Made by a program: the position numbers and the translations under genes. A DNA stretch of 64,000 nt from Squalus acanthias (Eukaryota). Below are positions 27,078 through 38,858 of the stretch, piece after piece. The stretch lies in NCBI GenBank assembly GCA_030390025.1, contig CM059432.1, positions 106,642,001-106,706,000 on the forward strand, read 5' to 3'. The notes beneath the pieces are model-generated. The model did not search any database. It was not told where the DNA came from and saw only the letters and a list, made by a program, of their open reading frames with translations. Position 1 is the first letter of the stretch. Each line of letters starts with the position of its first letter.

Positions 27078-28609
27078 AATCATATTATGTGTGAGAAGCC
27101 TCTCCTGAATGTGAACAGACTGGGAGAACTGGAGAAGTAGTTCAGCTAAATTTACCAGGTGAGGTGAAAAGATGGGGAGGAAGAGGGGAATATAGGGAAA
27201 CATCAGATTAACATTGACTTGACCGCGAAAATCTCCCTGCACTGCACATTGCCAGGGAGGTAAAAATCCGTTGCGAGGATTATTCTCAACTGTACCTCAA
27301 CACCATATATTCCTCATCACTCTGCATAGCTATCAATGAATTAGGATAAAGCACAGCTACAATCCAGAATTAAACATATAAAGGATAATACATAGGCATG
27401 TCTTGGATGGAGGGAGGATACAGATCAGGTATAGTACATTACACAAATCGCAGCATGTGGTAAGAAAGGTAAATTGTTAACATCGTGAGGTTTCTTTACT
27501 ACCAGTTCTCTTGTGGCATTGCTTATGGCTAAGAATGTCTCATGTTCACCTGCCACCACCCCCCCCCCCTTTCCCGGAACCACTGGGGAACTCAATTTTA
27601 TTTTCTCTTTTCCACGGGAAAGAAACATCCTGAGTTAAAGGTCCATGCTCGGCTGTGTATCAAGCAAGACAGGCCATCTGAACCACCGCTATCGCCCCTG
27701 CCCTTTGTGACTGGCTACAGGTACTGCCCTTCTCTAGAGGATAACAACTTGTATGTGTGCTTTTTTTTCTAATGGTGCTTTCTATTTGATTCCAAAACAT
27801 TTGAACTACTTCAAATGAGCACAACTACTGAACAAATTCTCTCTTCCTCTCGCCAACCTCTCTCTCCGTGGCAGGCACCCAGTAAGGCTGCTCCATTTTT
27901 TCCAGCAATGTCTAGAATCCTCTTGTTTTACCCCGTGTATTTAATTGCTTTGCTCTCTCCTTTCCCTACCCATCTCATTTTGCTCTCCACTCCTGCTCAA
28001 GTCTCTGGCCTGTTCTCCAGCCTGCCACTGAACAATGCTGCAGGAGATCTGCTAGTAAGTCAGAGATTCAAGGGGAGGATAACCTATTTAACACATCTGG
28101 AATCATTTTTCATCTGGCCATTTGATGACCAGGGTTGCATAAACATGTTGCTCTTGAGGCCATTCAACCTCATGTAACAGAATTGAAATGCAGTAAGAGA
28201 ATGGGGGAATTTATTCTGTAACAGAGAAAGAAATAGACCTTTTGTATTACAAACCTTTATTTGGAAAATCAATAGAAATGGTTATGCAGGAAAATTAACG
28301 TTCTTTTGTTGCATAGATCTATGTATTGCAATGCTTATAGAAAGTAAAGTGCTACTTTTATATCACATTAAAAAAAAAACAGTATAAACCATAAACACTG
28401 CAATATATAGTACACTCCAGAGATGATAGCCACTTTTACACAGTATGGATTCAGGGAGACTGAACCTGTTCCCAACACTTTACACTTAAATATAGCTTTG
28501 TTATTCTGCCTGCCGATTAATAGACCCACAGAAAACTGGGTCTATGATTCTGCTGCCCAGGTGAGGGAGCCGGATTTAGTCTCCAAGAATCAATGCCACA
28601 CAAAAGGGT

Positions 28610-28833
28610 AGCGGAAACCTGGAATTCTCCCCCCTCAAGAGCCTGTAGATGCTGGGTCAATTGAAATTTTCAAGACTAAGATCAGCAGATTTTTGTGAGG
28701 TAAGGGTTTCGAGGGGTATGGATCAAAGGGGGGTAAATAGAGTTGAGGTACAGATAAGCCATGATCTAATTGAATGACGGAGCAGGCTTGAGGGGCTGAA
28801 TGACCTACTCCTACTCCTGTTCCTATGTTCCTA
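28610..28833 (+). mobile_element. CR1 3' end fragment
   Basis: Decayed WNSLP...KTKI.RFL..KG..GYG coding end followed by the CR1 3' UTR (GGAGCAGGCTTGAGGGGCTGAATGACCTACTCCT...CCTATGTTCCT). Confidence 0.8.
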
Positions 28834-28844
28834 AGTGTGAATAT

Positions 28845-28953
28845 GTCAGCCGTGGCTCAGCTGGCAGCACTCTCGCTTCTGAGTCAGAAGGTTGTGGGTT
28901 CAAGTCCCACACCAGAGACTTGAACACAAAAATCTAGGCTGACACTCGAGTGC
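28845..28953 (+). mobile_element. tRNA-derived SINE head (SacSINE1/DeuSINE-like), truncated
   Basis: A box TGGCTCAGCTGG and B box GGTTCAAGTCCC; reverse complement of the head of the copy at 58465-58921. Confidence 0.85.
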
Positions 28954-29149
28954 TGGGCTCTTTTGCCGGCACTCCGATCCCGGTGGCCCAGCTGGGCCCC
29001 GGGTCACGCTGCACAAGGCCCCTCCCCTTTTAAGAAGGGGAGGAAGGCCTGTAATACCGTGGCGCGGCGCTTCCAGTAGCGCCCTGCTTCCCTCCTGGGG
29101 TGCTACTGATGAATTTCGGTCGCGGGGGCGCGACTCAATTTTTCCCCCT
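28954..29149. mobile_element. GC-rich fragment of a probable non-autonomous DNA transposon
   Basis: Abrupt CpG-rich block ending in CAATTTTTCCCCC, loosely resembling the TIR-like ends at 34340 and 44063. No partner end was found. Confidence 0.4.
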
Positions 29150-30529
29150 CATTCTCTCATATATATGAACCTGTATATAAGCTTATAATTAGTACTGGTA
29201 GATGTCATATGACTGCTCATGGATAGCTTGGGACCTCGTATGGTTTCTGTAATTGATTGTGGTCTTGCAGCCTAAACGTGACAGCGGTAGCCCGTCACCC
29301 TAATACAGCAAATTTATGGAAGTGGTACATCATATGTGACGAGGTAAAAAGTATTACATACCTTACTGATACTGAGAGGCAAACCTCTCGGATATATTTG
29401 TAACACTATTTACCTACTGCTTTACAAAATTTGACTTCCAATGCAAATAACTTAAAGAAGCATAGAAGTTTACAGCACAGAGGGAGGCAGTTAAGCCCAT
29501 CATGTCTATATTAGCTCTTTGCTCGAGCAATCCAAAACTGACCCCACTGTGTTCTGCTATCTTCCTCTGCATCAAGTGTTGATCCATTTTTCCCTCAACT
29601 GGTGTAATGGTCCCTACCTCAGCTGCATTTCTTCCTCAAAACTTCACATTGCCAGTTGATATGTTTTTGCACAACCTGCCATGGTAAATTTGCAGTATTT
29701 CCCAAAGATGCATGTATTTCATTTATTTCTTGTCCCCCCTCAAATCTTCCTCTCTCTCAGTTATTTACATGATTATAAAAGCTTTTTTATTTATTCTCTA
29801 CTTCCCACATAGGATTTGCAACTCTTACTGAGGCTGTTGTTGGGTGTAGCAATATCCAGGATGGCTTTTTGAGTTAGCACAAACATTAGTCTCTCTCAAC
29901 AACACAAAATAAACCTCTCGACTCCAAACACATCTTTAACTCGCGATTTTTATTGAATAGTTTCAACTGTATAAAATGCTGAAAACTGAAATCTTTTTGA
30001 TTTTTTTTGACTACATTTGCCATATGGTTTTTATTATTTGTACTTTATCTGCCTGATGTCACGGCACACACTAGATGTTGTAGTTCCACAGGAGCAGGGT
30101 GAAGCCAAACCTTCTCTGATGCATCTTTCATTCCCTCACTCACCCAGGTGAAAATTCTCAACTAAGCACAGAAGGGAAGGCCTATGTAGACTTTTGCAGA
30201 CATTTCCAACAAGAAATCAAGTTAATGGGTAAGTTGATGATGATTATTTTTCAGAACGATTTAAAATTTTTCCTGTTGTATTCTAAATGATTGTTTTTAG
30301 CTATTTACATTGACTTGAGTGGAGAAGGAAACTGACAGCCTAAAAGTGTGTGAAGAAATTATTTGGTTGAATTTGAATGACAGCTTACAAAAAATAATTA
30401 AGACATTTGATTGCTTGGTTTTCTGCTGATTACTCATTCCTCATTGGTATTTTTGATTTTTGTTCACACTGAGTTAATCGGACGTTTGGCAACATAGCTG
30501 AAGCAGTCGCGATGCACTTTCAGTTATGA

Positions 30530-30900
30530 TAACAGCTTGCATTACTATAGCAGTCCTCACGTGCAGACAGAATTCTCCAAGTGCTTTACAGTGCAGTGGG
30601 CAGAGAAACTCTAGTCAGAAGGGCAAAAGACAAAGAGAGGGTGTTTGGGACAAAAGTACTTTTTGAAGGGAGAACAGTGACCAAGGAGAGGTGCTAGAGA
30701 AAACATTCCAAACGATAGGGCACAGCGGCCAGTGTTGGTGGATCAGGGAACAAGGAGTGTGTAGAGAGTGTGCGTGGGGATGTGTGGCTGTAGAGGATGG
30801 CTAAGATAAGATGGGGTGGCAACATGCAGGAATCTGAAGGCCAGGATGAGAATCTTGGTCCATTTGCTGGGTCATGGAGAGACAGTGGAGCTTGGTGAGG
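30530..30900 (-). mobile_element. Degenerate L2-type LINE 3' fragment
   Basis: Starts with the ACAGCTTGCATT..TATAGC...CCAAGTGCTTTACA tail motif; same decayed character as 25.3-25.7 kb. Confidence 0.45.
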
Positions 30901-31944
30901 ACCGGGCGATGGACTATGGGCCTTGGTGTGGGTAAAAGCTCGTCCTGTGCTGATTTGGATGAGTTTAACTTTTACAGGTTGCTGGTTGATATCAGCAAAT
31001 TAGTCGCAGAACAGGAATTGAACCTATATGGCTCATTACTGCACTGGTGGTACTTTTAGTCTTTGAACTATCTGAAAGTTTCAATGGATTTCTTTTAAAG
31101 TAGGATATCAAAAGAGACTTCCACTAACTAGCGAGGGAAATTAGAAAAGAACTAATAGTTATGACATTGTGCAGATTGTTTAATAAAAATATCAATGAAA
31201 GAATACCATCTCAAAGTGAATGTTTTAGGTCATGTAGTTAAACATGTTTACTTTTTATTATAGTTTTGCTTCCACTTGCTATTCAGCTCAAACTCTTCTA
31301 GATCCTTTTTGTCATCTGATGTGCATTTGAAACACTCCTACCTGCTCCTTGCCTGTTTCCTGCCTCTACCCTCCATGTTAGTTGTGCTGTTATGCACTGT
31401 CCCAGTTAGCGGAGTGTTGTAGGACAAAGGGTTTCCAGCATCCCGAGTGCCTTTTAAAGTGCATAGAATGGCTCCATTCAATGGGCATCTTTGATTCTAC
31501 TGTGCATTGAATTCCCTTTGGCTATTTGCTCTTTGCAACATTACTATGGCTTCTATGTAAGGAAATGTTTGCATGCTTTTAACCTCTCTCGCTCCTACAA
31601 TGTCAATGAATTGCCTGATTTCAGCACATCTCTCTGACATTCTATCCCTCATGATTCTTGTGAATTTCAATAAATCACAGCTGTACCCAGTGCAAGACCT
31701 CACTTTCAAAGGACTGACATCTCAGAAGTGTCTCCGTCTCAGGCAGCGTTGCTTAAGCATGAGTTATACTCGCATGTAGTTCAAACCTTCTGGGCAAAGA
31801 TTTCAGCACAGCACTCTAATTTGAGTCTGATGGCAATAGTCATTTTTATTCTACTGGACACAAGGTTGTTAAGATTAGTGCAGCTCAAACTCCTTTCCTG
31901 TTCTCCAAATTGGTCACTAATGTTCTAGTTAAAGAAAGTGAAGA

Positions 31945-32345
31945 AAAAAAGATTTGCATTTGTATCGTGCCTTATCACATCTCTGAGGAATTCCTTAAAG
32001 TGCTTCACACAAATTACTTGTTAAAATGCAGTTGCTATGTAGGTTAATCTATGCGCAGTTTGCGTAACAGATTCCACAATACCAGTGAGATGAATGACCA
32101 GTTAATCTGTTTTTTTTGGGCAGTGGTGATGATTGAGGGAGGAATGTTGTCTAGGGCACCAAGAGATCTCCCTGCTCTGTTTTGAAAAGGGACCATGAGA
32201 AAATGGATTAGGGTTCTGCATTTGGTTCTGGAGTCAAAATGGATATAAACTGGTTTGATGTCAGCAGTGTCGTAGTCCGCCATATCAGATTTTCAAGCTG
32301 TGGTCTCTGACTACTCCCCACACCTGTGGACGCGCCTCTGCAAAT
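31945..32345 (-). mobile_element. Old SacSINE1/DeuSINE-like copy
   Basis: Diverged but collinear with 58465-58921 (TTGCATTT.TAT.GTGCCTT...AATGACCAG.TAATCTG...TTGAGGGA...CCCTGCTCT). Confidence 0.7.
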
Positions 32346-32802
32346 TGATAAATCTAAACCCAACTGGAAAAGAAGATGGTCCTTTTGTCCAGATGTGCAC
32401 CACTTGTCTTTAAAGCATTCCTTCATGATTAGTTGCATTCAAACGATTTCATTCTCATGAGTTAAAGTACCTCACATGGAAACAATGATGACGATCGCCT
32501 TGATCTCAGCCGGTTGTGTCAGGATTTAGTGAGTCCAGCCGTCATGTGTAATTGGCCATTCCTTATTTGGTAACTTAATCCTGGGCTCTCACCAAAAATT
32601 GATTTTTAATTTTACTTGCAACTGGAAATGACTATACTTTCTTTCTACTGACTTCAGGAATATTACTGTTGCATATCAAAATGGCTTTGTCCACAGACTG
32701 GTCTGCTCATCTTAGTGTAGCACCACAGTACATGCAGAAATGACGCACTGGAAAAGACCTACTGGTCCCTCCAGCCTGTCCCCAAAATCTTCTTTTATTT
32801 AT

Positions 32803-33000
32803 CATAGAATCATAGAAGAGTACAGCACAGAAGGAGGCCATTCAGCTCATCGAGTTTGCACCAGCAATCCAGTCAGTCCCACTCCCTGGCTCTTTCCCCA
32901 TCTCTCTGCAATTTTTCTCCTTCAAGTATTTATCCAATTCCCTTATGAAAGCTACTATTAAATCTGTTTCCAGCACCCGATCAGGCAGTGCATTCCAAAT
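32803..33000 (-). mobile_element. CR1 3' end fragment
   Basis: CATAGAATCATAGAA tail; translates as IWNALPDRVLETDLIVAFIRELDKYLKEKN. Confidence 0.85.
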
Positions 33001-33211
33001 CCTTTTTTTCAAAGCAAAATGTTGCTGGGAAAAAAAATGGATCCCACTGCTGGAATATGCTGTAGCTGGCCTCCTGCAGTTAGGAAAACCTTCGACCAAA
33101 TCAAAACTTGTGGCGCTAATGTTACTTTGAGGGAATTCACTGAAAGGGACAAAATTGTTACTCAAATGTGCTTCTTGTAAATTGATTTCAAATTACATGT
33201 ATTTTTAAGTG

Positions 33212-33500
33212 CATAGGAACAGGATTAGGCCATTCAGCCCCTCGAGCCTGTTCCACCATTCTATTCTAATGGCTGTTCTGTACCTCAACTCCATTTACCT
33301 GCCTTTGCTCCATATCTGATCCCTGTACCTAATAAAAATCTATCCATCTCGGTCTTGAAATTTTCAGTTGACCCAGCATCCACAGTCTTTTGGGGAAGAG
33401 AGAGTTCCAGATTTCAACTACCCTTTTTGTGTATGGGTGGTGGGGGTGGGGTGGGGGGAGAGTGCTTCCTGATTTCACCACTAAATTGCCTGGCTCTAAT
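33212..33500 (-). mobile_element. CR1 3' end fragment
   Basis: CATAGGAACAGGATTAGGCCATTCAGCCCCTCGAGCCTG is the reverse complement of the CR1 3' UTR; similar to 28610-28833. Confidence 0.8.
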
Positions 33501-33580
33501 ATTAATCTAACCTTTTTTTAGGGTAATAGCTAGCACAAGACAATTCAGATTTTTCCAGATTTTGACAAAGGGAATATATT

Positions 33581-34340
33581 GGCCCGAAAATTAAACCTAA
33601 TACGCGAGAGTACGCACTGTGTACTCTCGCGTATTAGATCCCGAATTGTCGGTTTCCTGCATGCACTGCGCATGCGCGGGAAACCGGCACTTCGTGAATT
33701 GCAAAGGGGGCGGTTCCTAAGTGAACCGCGTGCGCACTACAGGTTGTGCGCACGCAGTGCACTTAGTTTTTTTTTCAGCTTTGAACGCGCAGCTAAGTGG
33801 TGAAGATTTTACACATAAAGAAAGCAGGCGTAGGACCCCCTTTTAACAAGGTAAGTAGTTAATTAAGTGTTTTAAATTTTTTTCAACAGGTTTATCTATT
33901 TTAGAGACTTTAAAGAAAGGTAAGTTTATTTTTATAACTTTTAAAAAGATTTTAAATTTTTTCAAATTTAATTTTTTGTTTAAAGTGGTTAATTTATTTA
34001 ACTATACTTATTTTATTAATGTGATGGCTTTAAAAAAAAATTTAATTGAGGTTTAGCTGTTCTTTTGGGGGTTTGTAGTATTCATAACTTTGACAGCTCT
34101 TGCTGTCAAAACTATGAATGAAAGATGGTGTGCTGCCATTGGCTCTAACTGAATCACGTGATCCCAGAGCTCGCACAAACTAATTGCGCCTCTGGGATAC
34201 GCACACACTGCGCGGTTGCAACAAGAAGAGGCTCTGAAACTAAAGTTCGTGTGGGCCCCAAACAAAAAGGTAGGCGCGGAGTGCGATATCGCGGGGAATC
34301 CTTACCCCCGCGGGAACCATCGATGTTTAATTTCTGGGCC
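33581..34340. mobile_element. Non-autonomous DNA transposon/MITE (PIF/Harbinger-like), 760 bp
   Basis: Terminal inverted repeats GGCCCGAAAATTAAAC / GTTTAATTTCTGGGCC (14/16 match) with a 3-bp direct repeat ATT on both sides (33578-80, 34341-43). Ends are CpG-rich and hairpinned; the core is AT-rich. Confidence 0.8.
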
Positions 34341-35905
34341 ATTGTGAATCCCCGTGACAGCTTAAAAATGTTTTCATATGAACTGTCAAACAAATGTGTA
34401 TAATGCAACCATACAGTCAATCATCTTGATAGATGAGTTGGTCCAATGTCATCCCATTGGTAGCAAGCCTTGATTTTGATCAGCAAGCAAATGCACCCTT
34501 GGATGACTTGGTAAACTCCTTTTACTGGAGAAATGAAAAGAGTACAAATAATTGAAATGGATAAAGAAAATAAAAAGTGTACCACTGTTCTGTGCCAGGA
34601 AATGGTTCTTGTCTGCAGTTTCTCTGCGTCAGGTTTCTGTTCAAGGAATGGTTATTGAGAAAGTACATCCAGTACAAGGAGAAAATGGGACAGTCATTCC
34701 GACCAGTTTTGAGTGTCTCCTGGGAGTGGTTGCAGAGTGATATTGATAGCAGCTTAGGAATCTGATTTCCATTTTGAGGAATGGTGTTGGGTATCTCGGA
34801 GCACAAAGCAAGAGAGAACAAAGAGGATTTTAAAACTGAGTAAAACAACAAATGTAAATAAGAAGGATACAAAATGAAAGATGGTCAATTGAAGTGGTAG
34901 AATAGAAGAGAACAAATATGATGGAAGAAATGTATTTTATAAGTCTTATTTCTGTATTCCAGAGCAAGAGGGTAAATGGGACCCACAGAGACAGACTGCC
35001 TTGTAATTTCTTCATTGGCAAATGTAGAGTACATTTGTGTGCATCGGCTGTAGACTAGAGGAATTGGGCTAATTCAGGTTGGTAACAGTTCATTTAACAA
35101 TTTTAATTCATTTTCACTATCTTGATAAGTGAAACAAAATAGGCACAAATCTTTGTCTCCTAATTGTTTAATATTTTTAATATGTTTTATTGAATCAAAG
35201 TCACAGACTTGTGGGATCATGTGGGTCCCTTTCTCAGGTGAAAAATGAAGAATAATGGTTAGTTTAGATCTCAGTTGAGTGATGTTAGAACACGAGTGGT
35301 AAAATTGTAAGGAATATTAATCAGAGGGCATCAGGCGGATCTTTAACCTTTTCACCCTAACTCCTCATTAAAGAACCAGCTGGAAATTTACTGTCCATGT
35401 CTAGGGTTTATTAGGTGCCTAAAATTTTGCTTTAAAATTTAACTGTCTTAACCAATCGAAATTATATTAACTTGCATAAACCAACCACCCTTCAGAAGAG
35501 ACAGTGCACTATTGAGTGAATGAGTTGGTCAAAACAACCAAATCATGAACCAACATTTTGTAATGAACACACTTATGATAACACGATTAATATTATCTTA
35601 AGACTAAACATTAAATAGCACACGAGGTACTTGAGCATATCTTATCAACTAACAGAATTAGTCACCCAAGAGGAATAATGGCAGTTCAAGTGTATTTTAA
35701 TAGCATCAGCTGGGCTTTACTTAGTACAAAATAAAGTTACGCTCAATGTCCAAGACCGACATAAAGTTGGCAAGGTTAATTTGTGGTTAGACTCCTTGTA
35801 TAGCTGACAAGTTAACAGCTTTGAATAACAAGTCTGTCAGATATGTTTAAAGTCTACTTCCGTGTATTGCTGATCAGCTCATAGCTTTAACAGTTGATGT
35901 CACAC

Positions 35906-36651
35906 AACATAGAAACATAGAAGATAGGAGCAGGAGTAGGTCATTCAGCCCCTCGAGCCTGCTCCGCCATTCAATGAGATCATGGCTGATCATCCAAATT
36001 CAGTACCCTGTCCCTGCCTTCTCTCCATATCCCTTGATCCCTTTAGCTTTAAGAAATATATCTAACTCCTTCTTGAATATATTTAATGAATTGGCCTCTA
36101 CTGCCTTCTGTGGTAGAGAATTCCACAGGTTCACCACTCTCTGGGTGAAGAAATTCCTCCTCATCTCAGTCCTAAATGGCTTACCCCTTATCCTTAGACT
36201 GTGACCCCTGGTTCTGGACTCCCCGGCCATCGGGAACATCCTTCCTGCATCTAGTCTGTCTAGTCCTGTTAGAATTTTATAAGTTTCAATGAGATCCCCT
36301 CTCATTCTTCGAAACTCCAGCGAGTATAAGCCCAATCGACCCAATCTCTCCTCATACGTCATTCCTGCCATCCCAGGTATCAGCCTGGTGAATCTTCGCT
36401 GCACTCCCTCCATGGCAAGAACATCCTTCCTCAGATAAGGCGACCAAAACTGCACACACTACTCAAGATGTGGTCTCACCAAGGCCCTGTACAACTGCAG
36501 CAAGACATCCCTTGTTCCTGTACTCGAACCCTTTCGCTACGAAGGCCAACATACCATTTGCCTTCTTAACCGCCTGCTGCACCTGCATGCTTACCTTCAG
36601 CGACTGGTGCACAAGGACACCCAGGTCTCGTTGCAGTTCCCCTTCTCCCAA
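35906..36651 (-). mobile_element. 5'-truncated young CR1 (same subfamily as the 38.9-42.9 kb copy)
   Basis: ORF 36000-36455 QFWSPYLRKDVLAMEGVQRRFTRLIPG...WNSLPQ; nearly identical to 38860-39600; CATAGAAA tail. Confidence 0.96.
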
Positions 36652-36729
36652 CCTCGTCCTTTCCAGTCAGTCTGGTAGCATTGGCTGCCTTGCCTCCCTC
36701 AGAACGTCAGTAACTTGTTGCATGCCAAA

Positions 36730-37520
36730 TCTTGTGCTCTTGCTCTCACTGTTTAGATTTTGGTGTCAAAAGCAAAATCTTTTATGCATTTAAGTCCACA
36801 AGGTAAAACCTCTTTTTCCACCTACTCAGGTAACTGACCAACCTGAATGATGCCTTTTATTAAGAATTTACCTTTACGTGTCAATCACCTTAAACAGACA
36901 TGGCAAAGAGGAGAAATGGATTCCAAGCAATATTTAAAAAAATGACACAAGATAACTTCAAATATAGGCTTTTGTTCACCCATGTTGACCTATGGGGTGT
37001 CACTGTGATGAAGCTCTGTCTGTAGATGTGATATTGGTTCCCTCTTGGGTCATTTGCCTCTCTGCCTTTCTTCTCTTGTACATCTATTGTTATATGTGGA
37101 CTAGAACTAGTTCTAATTGAGGTTTCCATGTGTTCTGGGAAGCTGAATTCTTGCATACAAGAAATACATCTAGCTATTTGCCTATCTTTTGCTCGACTTC
37201 ATACAGTTAAGGTCTCACTCTTAATGCTTTCTCAGCTTAGAAGTCTTGTTTCACAAGTTATTCCTTTTCTTTAACCTTCTGAACTCTTCTCCAGATTTAT
37301 CCAAGCAGCTCTGAACTGGAACTTCTTGCACGCGTGTTCTTGTGCTCTTGCTCTCTAACTGTCTGGGTTTTGGTGTCAAAAGCGCAATCTTTTATGCATT
37401 TAATTCCACAAGGTAAAACCTCTTTTTCAATCTATTCAGGTAAGTGACAAATCTGAGTGATGCGTTTTATTGCAAGGATTCATCTTTAGGTGTCAATCAC
37501 CTTAAACAGACATGGCAAAG
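36730..37520. repeat. Diverged ~180-bp direct duplication (36730-36910 and 37338-37520)
   Basis: Shared blocks TCTTGTGCTCTTGCTCTC, TTTTGGTGTCAAAAGC, TCTTTTATGCATTTAA.TCCACAAGGTAAAACCTCTTTTTC and GTGTCAATCACCTTAAACAGACATGGCAAAGA, about 610 bp apart. Confidence 0.85.
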
Positions 37521-38136
37521 ATTTTTGAGCCGATTTTCATTATTAGATAAAGAAAACAGACTTGCTGCAGCTGGTAACTCCATTTACTTTCCCAGCTTTA
37601 AATAATGACAAATCTGGAGTAGATAAAAGTTGCGTTCCATTTGAGTTCCTCCCAGTCTTGCTTATTTTGCCCAGGCAGCATAATCTATATGTTACCTCTA
37701 GGTGAGTGGCCTTGACAGCTGCGGTCACAACCCGTGGTTGAGGCCTTCCAGCTGTGGTTCTGTAAGGTCCTTTACCCTCATACAGCTGTCTGAACTGCCC
37801 ACAATTCTTACCGTTAATTCTTTTTCTGTTTTCCCAGAGTTCGACAGAATTGTTGCAAATCCCAATTTTTAGGCTACAGTGATGTTGTGCCATTTATAGT
37901 AATTATCTGCAAAGAAAAATCATACATCAGTAGTTGGGTTTTTCAGATCTGTGCATGCAAAGCCAGGGGTATACTCTTTATGTGATGCTCAACAACTACT
38001 ACTTCATTTTAATCTAGCTTAGAAAATGTTTAATGACGCTTCACAGAGGAGAAGTAGATTCTAAGCCAGACGTGACCAAGTATTTGGGCTGAAGGGCCAC
38101 TTAACAAATTTTGGTGAGCTGTTGAGGGCTGCATAC

Positions 38137-38289
38137 CAATGTTCCCCCTAAGGTGTGCAGCCGCGCACCAATTGCGAAGTCTCGTGCAGGCTGCTCACCA
38201 GCTCCTGCCACTGGAAAAGATACCGCGCATGTGTGACCGCGCAGCAAACTTAAAGGGTCCGCGCACACACAAAATTAGAGGGAACATTG
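38137..38289. mobile_element. Small MITE (hAT-like termini), 153 bp
   Basis: 15-bp TIR CAATGTTCCCCCTAA / TTAGAGGGAACATTG (1 mismatch), with internal GCGC-rich motifs. A target duplication is not clear. Confidence 0.7.
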
Positions 38290-38344
38290 CATTGCATAAA
38301 CATAAACATTGCATAAACATAAATTCAAATAGTAGTCGGGGTTT

Positions 38345-38858
38345 ACGGGGTACGGTAGCACAGTGGTTATGGAGGACATTAATAAACTTGCAGAATGGGC
38401 AAATAATTGGCAATTGAAGTTCAACACCGATAAATGTGAGGTATTACATTTTGATAGGAAGAACAGGGAGGTCACTTATTACTTGGAGGGTGCGAGTCTA
38501 GGTGGGGTAGAGGAACAAAGGGATCTCAGAGTACAAATACACAAATCACTAAAAGTTGCGACACAGGTTAGCAAGGTCATTAAAAAAAGCAAACCAAGAT
38601 TTATTTCTAGAGGGATAGAATTGAAAAGTAGGGAAGCTATGACAAACCTGTATCGAACCTTGGTTAGACCACACTTGGAATACTGGGTACAGTTTTGGTC
38701 GCCATATTATAAAAAGGATATAGAGGCACTGGAGAGGGTGCAGAGAAGATTTACAAGGATGATACCAGAAATGCGAGGGTATACATATCAGGAAAGGATG
38801 AACAGGCTGGGTCTCTTTTCTCTTGGGGGGAAAAAAAGAAGGCTGAGGTGTGACCTAA
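38345..38858 (+). mobile_element. CR1 ORF2 3' fragment, left part (interrupted by a younger CR1)
   Basis: EDINKLAEWANNWQLKFNTDKCEVLHF...VRPHLEYWVQFWSP...LRCDLI; continues at 42914. Confidence 0.93.

Noticed and set aside
28850..28920. tRNA gene
   Set aside because: The A and B boxes run straight into SINE body sequence identical in kind to the other SINE copies, and there is no complete cloverleaf.
31250..31900. Coding-like - strand stretch
   Set aside because: Stops in all frames and no recognisable motif; at most an unidentifiable relic.
34522..34872. 116-aa - strand ORF and overlapping short + strand ORFs
   Set aside because: No recognisable homology or convincing pair of splice sites.
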